In this document: piece after piece, positions 19,676 to 30,013 of the stretch | Numbering within the stretch: position 1 is the stretch's first letter | How the letters are laid out: the number at the start of each line of letters is the position of its first letter | Assembly: GCA_965207065.1 (NCBI GenBank) | Contig: OZ242260.1 | Location: 352,001 to 416,000 of the forward strand | DNA from: a bacterium | Lineage (GTDB): Bacteria; UBA8248 | Length of the DNA stretch: 64,000 bases | Direction of reading: 5' to 3' | The notes under the pieces: generated by a model | What the model was told of the DNA's origin: nothing | Seen by the model: only the letters and a program-made list of their open reading frames with translations | The model's database searches: none | Program-made: the position numbers and the translations under genes

Positions 19676-22024
19676 CTACTCCCCCGTTCCCTCTCCCCTC
19701 ACCCGCTTCCCCTTCATCAGGAACGCGCCCAGGGCGGGCAGCAGCGCGATGGCGCCCACCATGTTGACCAGGAACATGAACGAGAGCACCGTGCCCATGT
19801 CGGCCTGGAGCTTGAGCGCGGCGAGAATCCAGGTCGCCACTCCCACGGCCAGCGTGAGGCCGGTGAGCACCACGCCCGCCCCGGTTGTGGCGAGCGTCCG
19901 CTCATAGGCGGCGGCGAAATCGAGCCCTTCCCGCATATAGGCGAGCAGCCGCCCGCAGATGTATATCCCGTAGTCCACGCCGATGCCCACGCCCAGCGCC
20001 ACCACAGGCAGGGTGGAGACCTTTAAGCCGATCTCCAGAAACGCCATCAACGCGTAGGCGAGCAGCGAAACCAGCGCCAGGGGCGCGACGATGCAGACGG
20101 TCGCCGCCACCGAGCGGAAAGAGATCAGGCAGAGCAGAATGACCGCCGCGTACACGTAGCCCAGGATCGGGAACTGCGACGCCTCTATCTCCTCGTTCGT
20201 CGCCGCCATCACCCCGACGTTTCCCGCCGCCAGGCGGAAGGCGACACGCTCGTCGCGCTCTGTTTCGTTGAACGCCTTAACGGCTGCGACGACCCGGCGG
20301 ATGGTCTGCGCCTTGTGGTCGGCGGTGTAGATGAGCACCGGCATCACCGAACAGTCTCCGTTCAGAAGGCCCGTGCTCGTCGGCACGAGAGAGACCGACT
20401 CGGCCAGCGCGTGTCGGTTGCGCGGCAGCGCGCGCCACTTGAGGTTCCCCTCGTTCCAGCCCGCGTTCAGCTTGCGGACGATTCCGGCGAGCGCGACCAC
20501 CGAGCGCACGCCTTCCACGTTGCGCATTCTCCACTCGAATTCGTCGATCAAGCGCATCACGCGGTAATCGACGCATCCTTGCGGTATGGTCTCCACGATC
20601 ACCGTCAGCACGTCCACGCCGATGTTGAAGCGCTTCACGATGGCGGCGGTATCGCGGTTGTAGGTGGAGCTTGCGCGCAACTCCGGCACGCCCTGGTGCT
20701 GGTCGCCCACGCGGACCTCGGGCGCATAGCGCGCTCCGAGAGCCAGCAGCGCAGCGGCGACGGCTATCGTCACCATCGCGGGACGCGGCCGGGCCGCCCG
20801 CGCGGCGCGCTTCCAGAGACCTTCCAGAAGTCCGGGCGAAGCCTTGCGCTCTCCTGGCGTCTCCGCTTTGAGATAGGAAAGCGCCACGGGCAGAAGGCCC
20901 AGGTTCGTCAGGATGATCGCCGCCACCCCCAGGCTGGCCGTGACGGCTATCTCCTGGATAACGCGCACGGGTATGAGCGCGATGGCCACGAAACCGATGG
21001 CGTCAGACGCGAGCGCCACCGCGCCCGGCAGCAGCAGGCGGCGGAAGCTCGCCCGCGCGGCGGGAACGCCGCCGCCCCCTTCGGCCTGCACGGCGTTCAC
21101 CATCTGCACCCCGTGGCTCACCCCGATGGCGAAGACCAGAAACGGCACCAGGATCGACATCGGGTCGACGCCGAAGCCGAGACCCGTGAGCGCGCCGAGC
21201 TGCCAGATGACCGCGACGAGGGAGCACGCCAGCGGCATCGCCGTGAGGCGGACCGAGCGGGTGTAGGCGTAGACGAAGAGGGCGGTGATCAAGACGGCCA
21301 GGCCGAAGAAGAGCAGCACCTGGGCTGCGCCGTCCGCAATCTCGCCCACGACTTTCGCGAACCCGATGATGTGGACTTTCGCCACGCCGCCCGCTTCGGC
21401 ATCTTTTCGGATGACTTCGAGCGCCCGCGCGACTTCCAGGTAATCGAGCCGCTCGCCCGTGTCGGGGTGAAACTCCTGGAGCCTCGCGCTCACGAGCGCG
21501 CCCGAGAAATCGTTCGCCACCAGCCGGCCCACGATGCCCGCCTTGATGATGTTCTCGCGCACCCGCGCGAAACCGGCCCGTGTCGGCTTGAAATCCGGCG
21601 GCAGCACGTTGCCCGCGACGATGCCGTCTTCCACCACCTCGTTGTAGCGCACGTTCGGCGTCACCACCGAATAGACCTGGGTGCGGTCGACCCCCGGAAC
21701 GAAGAACACGGCGTCGTTCACCTTCTGGAGCAGGGCGAAGAATTCCGGGCTGAAGATGTCTCCCTTCCGCGCCACGAGCGCCACCGCCACGCGGTCAGCG
21801 CCTCCGAACGCGGCGCGGTGCTTGACGAAGGTGCGCATGTAGGCGTGTTCGAGCGGGACCAGCTTGGTGAAGCCCGCATCTACGCGCAGACCCGTCGCCA
21901 TCCAGGCCATCGCCAGCGTGATGAAGGCGAACGCGGCGATCACCCAAATGCGGCGCGAGAACAGCGCGCGCTCGAGCAAGGCCGTAACCGGGGATGTCTT
22001 GGGAGTGGAGGAGGCGTCCTGCAT
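19676..22024 (-). CDS. RND superfamily (MMPL-type) transporter
   Basis: Two-fold TM repeat, FAIGVSHGVQ and GIGVDYGIY motifs. Confidence 0.92.
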   Translation of the reverse strand: MQDASSTPKTSPVTALLERALFSRRIWVIAAFAFITLAMAWMATGLRVDAGFTKLVPLEHAYMRTFVKHRAAFGGADRVAVALVARKGDIFSPEFFALLQKVNDAVFFVPGVDRTQVYSVVTPNVRYNEVVEDGIVAGNVLPPDFKPTRAGFARVRENIIKAGIVGRLVANDFSGALVSARLQEFHPDTGERLDYLEVARALEVIRKDAEAGGVAKVHIIGFAKVVGEIADGAAQVLLFFGLAVLITALFVYAYTRSVRLTAMPLACSLVAVIWQLGALTGLGFGVDPMSILVPFLVFAIGVSHGVQMVNAVQAEGGGGVPAARASFRRLLLPGAVALASDAIGFVAIALIPVRVIQEIAVTASLGVAAIILTNLGLLPVALSYLKAETPGERKASPGLLEGLWKRAARAARPRPAMVTIAVAAALLALGARYAPEVRVGDQHQGVPELRASSTYNRDTAAIVKRFNIGVDVLTVIVETIPQGCVDYRVMRLIDEFEWRMRNVEGVRSVVALAGIVRKLNAGWNEGNLKWRALPRNRHALAESVSLVPTSTGLLNGDCSVMPVLIYTADHKAQTIRRVVAAVKAFNETERDERVAFRLAAGNVGVMAATNEEIEASQFPILGYVYAAVILLCLISFRSVAATVCIVAPLALVSLLAYALMAFLEIGLKVSTLPVVALGVGIGVDYGIYICGRLLAYMREGLDFAAAYERTLATTGAGVVLTGLTLAVGVATWILAALKLQADMGTVLSFMFLVNMVGAIALLPALGAFLMKGKRVRGEGTGE

Positions 22025-22034
22025 GGTGAAAAGT

Positions 22035-23009
22035 CTATTCGGCCCGGGGCAGGCGTCTGGCCCCGAACTCTCCGAGCAGCAGCACCCGCCCATCAGGGAG
22101 TGCGAGCGCTTTGGAGACTCCCTGGCGCGAGGTCAGCGGCCGGAAGGCGGCGTCGGTCGATACGCTGCGTCCGCCGTCGCGGCTTACGAGCAGGGCGCCC
22201 TCGAGGCCGGTGACGAGCATGAGCTCGGGCTTCACAAGGAGCGCTCCCGTCAGGGTCGCTTTCGTCCCCGTTTTTACCTGAGTCCAGCTCTCGCCCCCGT
22301 TCTCGGAGCGGTACATGCTGCCCCGGAGGCCCAGCAGCAGCAACTCGTTCGCGTCGAGCGCGAGTGCGGAGAACCACGAGCCGGCGTAGGGCGAGGCGAG
22401 CTTGCGCCAGGTGCCGCCATCATCGTCGCTGCGGTAGATCGCGCCCGCCTCACCGGCGATGAACAGCCGACCCGGCCCTGCGGGAACGATTGCGTTCAGG
22501 TGGAAATCATCCTTGTCGATGGTTCGCGGCTTCCAGGTACGGCCGCCGTCGGTGGTGCTGAGAAAATAGCCGTACGCCCCCACCGCGAAGCCATTCCGTT
22601 CGTCGCGGAACCAGACGTCGAGCAGGGGGCGTTCTTCTTTCGGCGCGAAATGGACCACCCGCCAGGTCGCGCCGCCGTCTTCGGTGCGGAGGATGAGCGC
22701 GTCGTGCCCGACCGCCCAGCCGATGCGCTCATCGTGCATGTGCACCGCCGTCAGGAGGGCGCGGACGGGTACGCGGGCCTGCTTCCAGCTTGCGCCGCCA
22801 TCGTCCGATACCAGCACGTGGCCGCGTTCGCCGACCACCACCAGGCGCGCGCCCGCGAATGCGCCGTCGATCAGCAGGGAATTGGGCGCCAGCCGCGCGT
22901 GAACCGCCGGTTGGGCATTCGCCGCGCCTAAGGCCAGTAGACAGAAGATGAGGCCGGGCAGGATGCGCAGGCTCAATCTTCCAGGGATTCCGGAGGTCGC
23001 CGCAATCAT
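22035..23009 (-). CDS. YCF48/BNR-repeat beta-propeller protein
   Basis: Repeated S/T-x-DGG-x-T/S-W Asp-boxes; VVGERGHVL. Confidence 0.9.
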   Translation of the reverse strand: MIAATSGIPGRLSLRILPGLIFCLLALGAANAQPAVHARLAPNSLLIDGAFAGARLVVVGERGHVLVSDDGGASWKQARVPVRALLTAVHMHDERIGWAVGHDALILRTEDGGATWRVVHFAPKEERPLLDVWFRDERNGFAVGAYGYFLSTTDGGRTWKPRTIDKDDFHLNAIVPAGPGRLFIAGEAGAIYRSDDDGGTWRKLASPYAGSWFSALALDANELLLLGLRGSMYRSENGGESWTQVKTGTKATLTGALLVKPELMLVTGLEGALLVSRDGGRSVSTDAAFRPLTSRQGVSKALALPDGRVLLLGEFGARRLPRAE

Positions 23010-24364
23010 CTCCTGCCCATTCGGCGCAACGCCGAGGGCGTGAAACCCCTGGAGGAGTAGTTCGTGCCGAAGACGTTCATGGGATACTCGTTGTTGAGCC
23101 CCAGCGCGAGGTAGCGCCCCGCCTGGAGGTCGGTGTGAACCTCGAGGGTGTAGCCCAGCAAGGGTTTTTCGTAATAGTTGACGGTGTGCCCTTCCGACAC
23201 GCGCCAGAGCTGATCCCGGTTGTCGTAGATGTCCGCCAGCAGAATCATCCACGAATCCTCATCCACGTAGAACCGCCGTTTCTTGTAGATGTGGCGCGCC
23301 CCTTCCTTGAGCGTCGCCTCGACCACCCAGACCCGGTGCAGTTCATAGCGCAGGTACTTCGGGTTGACGTGCAAGGGCTTCAAGACGTCTGCGAAGGTAA
23401 TCTTGTCGCTGTGGAGCTTGTAGCTGTTGTAGGGCACGTACATCTCTTGTTTGCCCACGAGCTTCCAGTCGTAGCGGTCGAGCGCCCCGTTGAACATGTC
23501 GAACTGATCGCTCGTTCGCAGTCCGTCCGCGGCGGTGCCCGGATTGTCGTAGGCGATGTTCGGCGCGCGCCGCACCCGTCGCTGGCCGGGGTTGTACACC
23601 CAGGCGTGTCGCGGCTCGGCGACCTGGTTGAGCGTCTCGTAGGCCAGCAGAATACGGCCCGCCAGCCGCGCGGGCGCCGCCACTTTCTGGCGGAAGAGAA
23701 TCATCCGGTTGTTGAGTTTCGCCTCCGTCATGCCCGGCAGGGAATATCGTACGAGGTAGGCGTCCTCGAGCCGGACGAGCGTGTAGTCGCCGCTCCGGGT
23801 GACGGCGGCCTGGCCGATGACGCGCGAGGCGGCTTCGCCCCGGAAGCGCAGCAGGTGGTTCCAGATCACCTCTGCCCCGTGTTTCGGAACAGGGAACGGA
23901 ACCCCGATCACCGCGCCTGTCACGCCGCTCCCCCCCGCTACGAGTTTCGCGGTGGCGGCGACGCGCTTCGTGGCGTCGTAGATGCGCTTCGGGAAGGCGG
24001 CGCTGCGCCGGGTCGGATAGACCGGAAGCTTAAGCGTCGGGTAGGTCTCCAGCATTTTCTGCAGGCCAGCGGAGAGTTTTCCCCGATGTTTATCCAGGTT
24101 CGCGCGGGTGATGGTGAAGAGCGGCTTGTCACCCGAATAGGGGTCGGGGTGGTGATCGCCGACCTTGTAGCCCGCCGGCGGGCTCGTGATGCCCCCCTTC
24201 CACTCCGGGATGGAGCCTGCGGCGTTGCCCGCCCGCTGTGCGCCGAGCGGGGTCAGGTCCTTGCCCAATCGGGCGATTTCATCAGCCGAAACCGCGGCGG
24301 AGGCGCTGGTCGCGACGAAGGTGAAAAGCATCGCGACGCCGATTCTCGATAAGATGGTTTTCAT
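23006..24364 (-). CDS. DUF1329 periplasmic protein
   Basis: LTPLGA.RAGN..G.IP.W.GG, YPTRRS, WVYNPGQRRVRRAP. Confidence 0.92.
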   Translation of the reverse strand: MKTILSRIGVAMLFTFVATSASAAVSADEIARLGKDLTPLGAQRAGNAAGSIPEWKGGITSPPAGYKVGDHHPDPYSGDKPLFTITRANLDKHRGKLSAGLQKMLETYPTLKLPVYPTRRSAAFPKRIYDATKRVAATAKLVAGGSGVTGAVIGVPFPVPKHGAEVIWNHLLRFRGEAASRVIGQAAVTRSGDYTLVRLEDAYLVRYSLPGMTEAKLNNRMILFRQKVAAPARLAGRILLAYETLNQVAEPRHAWVYNPGQRRVRRAPNIAYDNPGTAADGLRTSDQFDMFNGALDRYDWKLVGKQEMYVPYNSYKLHSDKITFADVLKPLHVNPKYLRYELHRVWVVEATLKEGARHIYKKRRFYVDEDSWMILLADIYDNRDQLWRVSEGHTVNYYEKPLLGYTLEVHTDLQAGRYLALGLNNEYPMNVFGTNYSSRGFTPSALRRMGRR

Positions 24365-24393
24365 GGCGGTTACCCCATTTTCATCGCTGTTGG

Positions 24394-26643
24394 TTAGAAC
24401 AGGTATTTGATTGTGGCGGAGACGAAGTCGCGGTCATTCACCTGGTTGTGCCTGCCGGCGCCGCCGAACATGGTGAAGCTCATGTCGAAATGCCAGCGGT
24501 TGAGATAGCTCGCGCCCAGCCCGAGGGTCACCGCGTACCGATCCTCGATGAACGGCCCGCCCGGTCCCGGGCTGGTTCCCTTCACGTCGTGCTGGAACGA
24601 CACGCGCGGCGAGACGTTCACCGCACCGATGGCGTTCAGGTACGACAGACGCGCCGCCATGCGGTAGCCGTAGGAGGTGGCGCTCGCGAATCGATCCTGC
24701 GGGTCCGTCGGGAGGCCGGCGTGCGCGCCCGTCGCCGTGGAATGGAAGGGATTACCGCTGGTCTGCGTGCCCGGCCCCTCGAGGCGGAGTACGCTTCTGT
24801 CCGGCATGTCGTGCACGTACATGAGCGCCGCTTCCGCGATGAACGCCAGGCTGTCCGCCCCGAGCGTCGGGCCGAAGACCTTGGTGGCCGTGGCCTGAAT
24901 CTGGCTCACGTCGCGTTCGATGTAGCCCTGGACGTAGGATTCCGGGAGGAAAACGCCGACCTGGTTCTCGCAGTAGCTGAAGGAATTCGCGCAAAACCTT
25001 TGGGTCGCGGGGTCGAGGGTGAGCGGCGTCAGGGCCGCGAAGAACACTTCGGCGTCGTCTATCTGCAGGGGCGCGTCCAGGCGGCGGGAATATTCGCCTT
25101 GCAGCGCCCAGCCCGAGGTGCCGAGTGTGGTGTTGAAGCTCACGCCCAGGAGATTGATGTCTTCGGGGTATTCGGCGAAGTAGCTCGCCGTCTTCACGTA
25201 GCGATCGATGGCCAGGAGACCGGCCATCCTGGTCACATTGCTGGTCACCTGTCTAGCGACCTCGCCGGGGACGATGCTGGCAACCTGCTGTTGGATGGCC
25301 GCCTGAATGGCCGCGGGCGGTGTACCGGGCGGGACTTGCGCCGTGACCGCAGCTGTAACCTGCTGAGTGACCGCCTGCGTAACCAGCGGGGTGACAGCCT
25401 GCGTCACCGCCCGTGTGGTCACGGAAGTGGGCGAGCCGACCGCCGCCGCCGCGAAGAGGCCGTCCGTCACCCCCTGCACCGTGCCGGTGCGCCCGCTCAG
25501 GACGGGCAGGCGGCTATGGAAGTTCACGAAATAGAAGCCGAACTCGGAGTTGTTCAAGCCATCGGCGAGGTAGCGCAGCGCGAGGCCCCACTGGCCCGAG
25601 TCTTCGGGTTCGCCGTCTCCTCCGCGGTATACATTCAGAAAATGGGGGTCGAAGACCGGCTGCGCTCTCTGGGGCAGGGACACCAGGGTACCCGGCGCCG
25701 CAGGGCTGGGAATCCGGAAACTCTGGAGGTCGGCGTTGACCGCCTGTGTCAGGCCAGGTCCCAGCGCCTCGTAGCTGAATCCCGTGTCGGGGATGGCCCC
25801 CCAGCCGAGCACGACCCTGTTCCCGCCCGCGCCGACGAAGTCGCTCGTCGAGAAGAAGCTGCCCGGCGGGTCGATCTCCGTCTTGTCCCACTTCACCTGG
25901 TAGAAACCTTCTACGGAGACGTTCTCGTTCAGCGAGGCCGAGACGGAGACCATCGGAACCGGCACGAGCCCGTCGCGCAGTTCCGCGCCCGGCGTTCTGA
26001 GCTTGGTCACGTCGAAGGGGTTGATGACGTTGATGCTGTTCTGGATGAACGTGCTCTCGCCCCAGCTGATGACGTGATTGCCGAGCCTGAGATCCACCGC
26101 CGCGGCGCCCAGGTCGAACGAGCCGGTGAGGTAGAGGTCGAGGACTTCGAAATCTTTTCCGACCAGGTCCTTTGCTTCCGGCGAGAGCTCGTTGCGCGCT
26201 CTGTCGCCGTTTTGGTTCTCGAAGTCGAAAAAGCCGTTTACGCGGGCGAAGGCGCCAAAGTTTCGGAAATTGAGGTCAAGTTCGCCGATGAACTTCGAAG
26301 CGTTGCTCACGATGCCGCTGTCGTAGTTGAGGTTCCCGTCGTCCGCGTTGACGGAGTTCGCTGCGCCGCCGTTCGTGGTGCCGATCAGTTTCTGGTCGCG
26401 GCTCCCGCCTCGGAAGGTGAAGCCGTGCGAAACCGTGATGTCGAGACTTCCCTCGAGTTCACCCTGCCTGAAATCCTCCGCACCCGCGGGCGTGGCGCAC
26501 AGGGCGAAGAGCAGGACGAGCGCGCATGCCGAAAGGCGAAACAAGCCGGAGATGGATATGAAAACGCCCCTATGGGAAAGGCGGTTCGTTGGCCGCCCGA
26601 CGCTGGTGCGACAGGCGAAGTGGCTTGAGTAATCTGGATGCAT
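24394..26643 (-). CDS. DUF1302 outer-membrane beta-barrel protein
   Basis: NADDGNLNY, WGESTFI, terminal DRDFVSATIKYLF; start uncertain. Confidence 0.9.
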   Translation of the reverse strand: MHPDYSSHFACRTSVGRPTNRLSHRGVFISISGLFRLSACALVLLFALCATPAGAEDFRQGELEGSLDITVSHGFTFRGGSRDQKLIGTTNGGAANSVNADDGNLNYDSGIVSNASKFIGELDLNFRNFGAFARVNGFFDFENQNGDRARNELSPEAKDLVGKDFEVLDLYLTGSFDLGAAAVDLRLGNHVISWGESTFIQNSINVINPFDVTKLRTPGAELRDGLVPVPMVSVSASLNENVSVEGFYQVKWDKTEIDPPGSFFSTSDFVGAGGNRVVLGWGAIPDTGFSYEALGPGLTQAVNADLQSFRIPSPAAPGTLVSLPQRAQPVFDPHFLNVYRGGDGEPEDSGQWGLALRYLADGLNNSEFGFYFVNFHSRLPVLSGRTGTVQGVTDGLFAAAAVGSPTSVTTRAVTQAVTPLVTQAVTQQVTAAVTAQVPPGTPPAAIQAAIQQQVASIVPGEVARQVTSNVTRMAGLLAIDRYVKTASYFAEYPEDINLLGVSFNTTLGTSGWALQGEYSRRLDAPLQIDDAEVFFAALTPLTLDPATQRFCANSFSYCENQVGVFLPESYVQGYIERDVSQIQATATKVFGPTLGADSLAFIAEAALMYVHDMPDRSVLRLEGPGTQTSGNPFHSTATGAHAGLPTDPQDRFASATSYGYRMAARLSYLNAIGAVNVSPRVSFQHDVKGTSPGPGGPFIEDRYAVTLGLGASYLNRWHFDMSFTMFGGAGRHNQVNDRDFVSATIKYLF

Positions 26644-26720
26644 GCCGAAGGTCTCCCCCTCTTTCGGTCAGTTTTTCTTTCCAGGTTGTTCACTTGTTCT
26701 TATTTAGATTTGCGCTCTGC

Positions 26721-26750
26721 AAGATATATGCAATGTCTCGGGCGAGTCAA
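26721..26750 (-). promoter_or_regulatory. Putative sigma70 promoter of the DUF1302 operon
   Basis: Minus strand TTGACT-18-TATCTT. Confidence 0.5.
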
Positions 26751-26901
26751 GGGAAAATTAGCGCACCGTCGCTGAAAACAACGCCTCGCGAACAGATTTA
26801 GGGATAATGAAACGAACGCAAGGGCGACCACATTGGCAAGCATCCACACCGGCAAGTGAGACGCCGGACTTCCTGTCCGGATGCCTGCAGAGAAAGCGTC
26901 G

Positions 26902-27975
26902 CTACCGGACGCGTTTACCGTCTGGTTCGAAGAGATAGACGCGCGCCGGGTCAAACGTGATGTTGAGCTGCTCGCCTTCCTTGAAGCGATCGCTCGCCTC
27001 GACGACCGCGATGGTCGGGCGCTCGGCGCCGTGCTCGAAGTAGAGCAGCGTGTCCTTGCCGAGCGGTTCGACGAGCTGGATGTCGCACGAGAAGGCGGCA
27101 TCCTGGCTTCCCACCACGATGTGCTCGGGCCGCACGCCCAGGGTGTACTCCCCCGAAGGTACGCCCGCGTAGGCGTCGGGGAGCGTGTATTCGATGCCGA
27201 AGCCGCTGAAGGCGGGAGCGCCGTTCGAGTTATCCACCTTCCCCGAGATGAGGTTCATGGACGGGCTGCCGAAGAAATCGGCCACGAAGTAGCTGACCGG
27301 GTCGTTGTAGATTTCGAGCGGCGTTCCCACCTGCTCGATGACGCCCAGGCGCATCACCACGATGCGGTCGGCCAGCGTCATGGCCTCTTCCTGATCGTGG
27401 GTGACGTAGACGAAGGTTTTCTTGAGCTCCTCGTGGAGCCTGTCGATCTCGGCGCGCATCTCGCGGCGCAGCTTGGCGTCCAGGCTCGAGAGCGGCTCGT
27501 CCAGCAGGAAGGCGGCCGGGTCGGTGATTAGGGTGCGGGCCAGTGCGGCGCGCTGCGCCTCGCCGCCCGAGCATTCGACTGGCAGCTTGTGGAGGAGGTG
27601 CGTGATGCGCACCATGTCGGCCACCTCGCGCACTTTCTGCTTGCGCGTCTCGGGCGGCACCTTCTTCATGCGCGGGCCGAACTCGATGTTCTCCGCTATC
27701 GTCTTGTGCGGGAACAGGGCGTGCGTCTGGAACACCATGCCGACGCCGCGGTCACCGGGGTCGACGTCGTTCACGAGGCGCCCGTCGATGGAAATCTCGC
27801 CTGCCGTGGGCTCCTCGAAACCCGCGACCATGCGCAGCGTGGTCGTCTTCCCGCATCCCGAGGGTCCGACGATGACGACGAACTCGCCTTCCTCGATGGT
27901 GAAGTCGAGGTTCTTCACGGCCTCGATGTTCCTGCCGAATACCTTGCGTAAACCCTTGAGTTCGATTCTCGCCAT
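26902..27975 (-). CDS. Carbohydrate-type ABC transporter ATPase (MalK/UgpC-like)
   Basis: GPSGCGKTT, LLDEPLS, YVTHDQEEA, TOBE tail. Confidence 0.95.
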   Translation of the reverse strand: MARIELKGLRKVFGRNIEAVKNLDFTIEEGEFVVIVGPSGCGKTTTLRMVAGFEEPTAGEISIDGRLVNDVDPGDRGVGMVFQTHALFPHKTIAENIEFGPRMKKVPPETRKQKVREVADMVRITHLLHKLPVECSGGEAQRAALARTLITDPAAFLLDEPLSSLDAKLRREMRAEIDRLHEELKKTFVYVTHDQEEAMTLADRIVVMRLGVIEQVGTPLEIYNDPVSYFVADFFGSPSMNLISGKVDNSNGAPAFSGFGIEYTLPDAYAGVPSGEYTLGVRPEHIVVGSQDAAFSCDIQLVEPLGKDTLLYFEHGAERPTIAVVEASDRFKEGEQLNITFDPARVYLFEPDGKRVR

Positions 27976-27982
27976 TGTCCTA

Positions 27983-28885
27983 TTACCTCTTCACCATTCC
28001 GAATGTGAAACCTCGCACCAGGTGTTTTCGAATGAAAATGCCGATGACCATGAGCGGCAGGGTGATGCCCACCGCCAGAGCGGCCTGATGGCCGTAGACG
28101 CGGCCCTCGTCGGAGCCTTCGTATTTCGCCAGTTGAACGGGCAGCGTCACCACGTCCACCTTCGACAGCATGAGCGAGAGCAGATATTCGCTCCACGTCA
28201 GGATGAGGATGAACAGGAACGTCGCCACGATGCCTGAGCGTATGAGCGGGAATATGACCTCGCGGATCGCCTGCCACTTGGTCGCGCCGAGAATCTCGGC
28301 GGCCTGTTCGATCTCGACGGGCACCTCGTCCACGAAGCTCTTCGTCATCCAGACGGAATACGGCAGCGTGGTGATGAAGTAGACGATCACCAGCCCCAAT
28401 GCCGTGTCCATCAAATGGATGGCCGAATAATAGAGCGTCAGCGGCGCCGCCACCACGATGGGCGGAATCATCCTGAGCACAAGGAGTTGGAACATTCGTA
28501 TCTCGGATAATATCCGGTAGCGCGAGACCCCGTAGGCCAGGACCGCGCCGAAAGCGACCGAAAGCGCGGTGGCGGTAATGGCGATGTAGAGGCTGTTCCA
28601 GAGCGCCTGCCAGGGCTTGTTGGCCGAAGCCGACTCGTAGCGGGCGGTCTGCGTTTTCACATCCGTAGCGGTGCGGGGACTCTCGGGCCTGCCCCAAACA
28701 GCCTGGTAGTTGGCCCAGGAGGCCTCCTGCGACCAGTAGACCGGCGGCCAGGCGTGCCACTCCCAGTCGGGCTTGAACGAAGTGGAAACGATCCAGAAAA
28801 TCGGGAACGCCACGATCAAAGACCATATCAAGAGCATGGCGTAGCGGAATATCTTGAACAGGCGCGCCTTCATGACTCGGTTCAT
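27983..28885 (-). CDS. Carbohydrate ABC transporter permease
   Basis: EAA-like loop EIEQAAEILGA; about 6 TMs. Confidence 0.93.
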   Translation of the reverse strand: MNRVMKARLFKIFRYAMLLIWSLIVAFPIFWIVSTSFKPDWEWHAWPPVYWSQEASWANYQAVWGRPESPRTATDVKTQTARYESASANKPWQALWNSLYIAITATALSVAFGAVLAYGVSRYRILSEIRMFQLLVLRMIPPIVVAAPLTLYYSAIHLMDTALGLVIVYFITTLPYSVWMTKSFVDEVPVEIEQAAEILGATKWQAIREVIFPLIRSGIVATFLFILILTWSEYLLSLMLSKVDVVTLPVQLAKYEGSDEGRVYGHQAALAVGITLPLMVIGIFIRKHLVRGFTFGMVKR

Positions 28886-28887
28886 GC

Positions 28888-29850
28888 CTATGCCTCCGTG
28901 CGCGACGTTTCATGCAGGGCGTCGATCGCCCGCTTCTCGCGGCGCAGCACGTAGATAGCCGTGAGAACGATGAATATCATGATGACCATGACGACGTAGG
29001 ACATCGCCGCGCCCTTCGATATGTCGAACGACACCCAGGTCGTGAAATAAAGATAGATGGGTATGGTTTCGGTGGCGGTGCCAGGCCCTCCCTGGATGAG
29101 ACCCCACGTCTTTGGAAATTCGGCCATGGCTTCCAGGAAGCGCAATATGAGCGCCAGGAATATGACGGGTCGTAAAAGCGGGAGCTGGATCTCGCGGAAA
29201 ATCTGCAGGCGGCTCGCCCCCAAAATGCGGGCGGCTTCCACCGGTTCGCTCGGCAGCGATGAGAGCCCCGCCAGCATGATGATGAAGACGAAGGGCGTCC
29301 AGTTCCATATTTCCAGCAGAATAATCGTAAAGATGGCGAAATTGGGATTCGACAGCCATGTGAACTTCGAGAGGTCTCCCGGCAGGAAATAGCTCAGGAA
29401 CCCGTTGATGGGCCCTTTCTCGTACAGGAGCATGTCGGCGGTATAGGCGATCACCACGGGCACCGTCAGCATCGGGAGGATGAAGAGAATGTAGAAGAAC
29501 GCCTGCCCCCGGAAGGGCTTGTACATCAACAGCGCCAGAATGAAGCCGCTTATGAAGCAACCCAGCGTCGAGAGGCCCGCGAACAGGAGCGAGCGCCCCA
29601 TGGCCCTCCAGAAACGCCCTTCGGTCAACACCTCCTGGAATAACTCCAGCCCCACGAATTCCGCGTCGAACCAGGTGGAGAGATAGACCGTCCAGGAATG
29701 GAGCGAAAAGTATATCTGCAGGAGAAAAACGGGCATCAGGAACAGGAACAGGAGAATCAGCGGTGAGAGCGCGCTCCATTTGAATATGCGTACGCCCCGG
29801 GCGCGGGTGGAGCGTCTACCCTTGGGCTGCGCCATTGTGGCTGTCGCCAT
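28888..29850 (-). CDS. Carbohydrate ABC transporter permease
   Basis: WNWTPF..LAGL..EAARILGA. Confidence 0.93.
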   Translation of the reverse strand: MATATMAQPKGRRSTRARGVRIFKWSALSPLILLFLFLMPVFLLQIYFSLHSWTVYLSTWFDAEFVGLELFQEVLTEGRFWRAMGRSLLFAGLSTLGCFISGFILALLMYKPFRGQAFFYILFILPMLTVPVVIAYTADMLLYEKGPINGFLSYFLPGDLSKFTWLSNPNFAIFTIILLEIWNWTPFVFIIMLAGLSSLPSEPVEAARILGASRLQIFREIQLPLLRPVIFLALILRFLEAMAEFPKTWGLIQGGPGTATETIPIYLYFTTWVSFDISKGAAMSYVVMVIMIFIVLTAIYVLRREKRAIDALHETSRTEA

Positions 29851-30013
29851 ACCTCAAACTCCTACGATCTCGAATGAATCAGAGCGTACGCCGGGAACCA
29901 TTCGGAAGCGGTCATCGCGTCGGCGACCGGGACCGGCGATACTCCGCCGGCCCCGGCGGTCGAAACATGAAACCCCCTCCCCGGAGCCGCGCCCCGGGGA
30001 GAGAAGATTCGTC

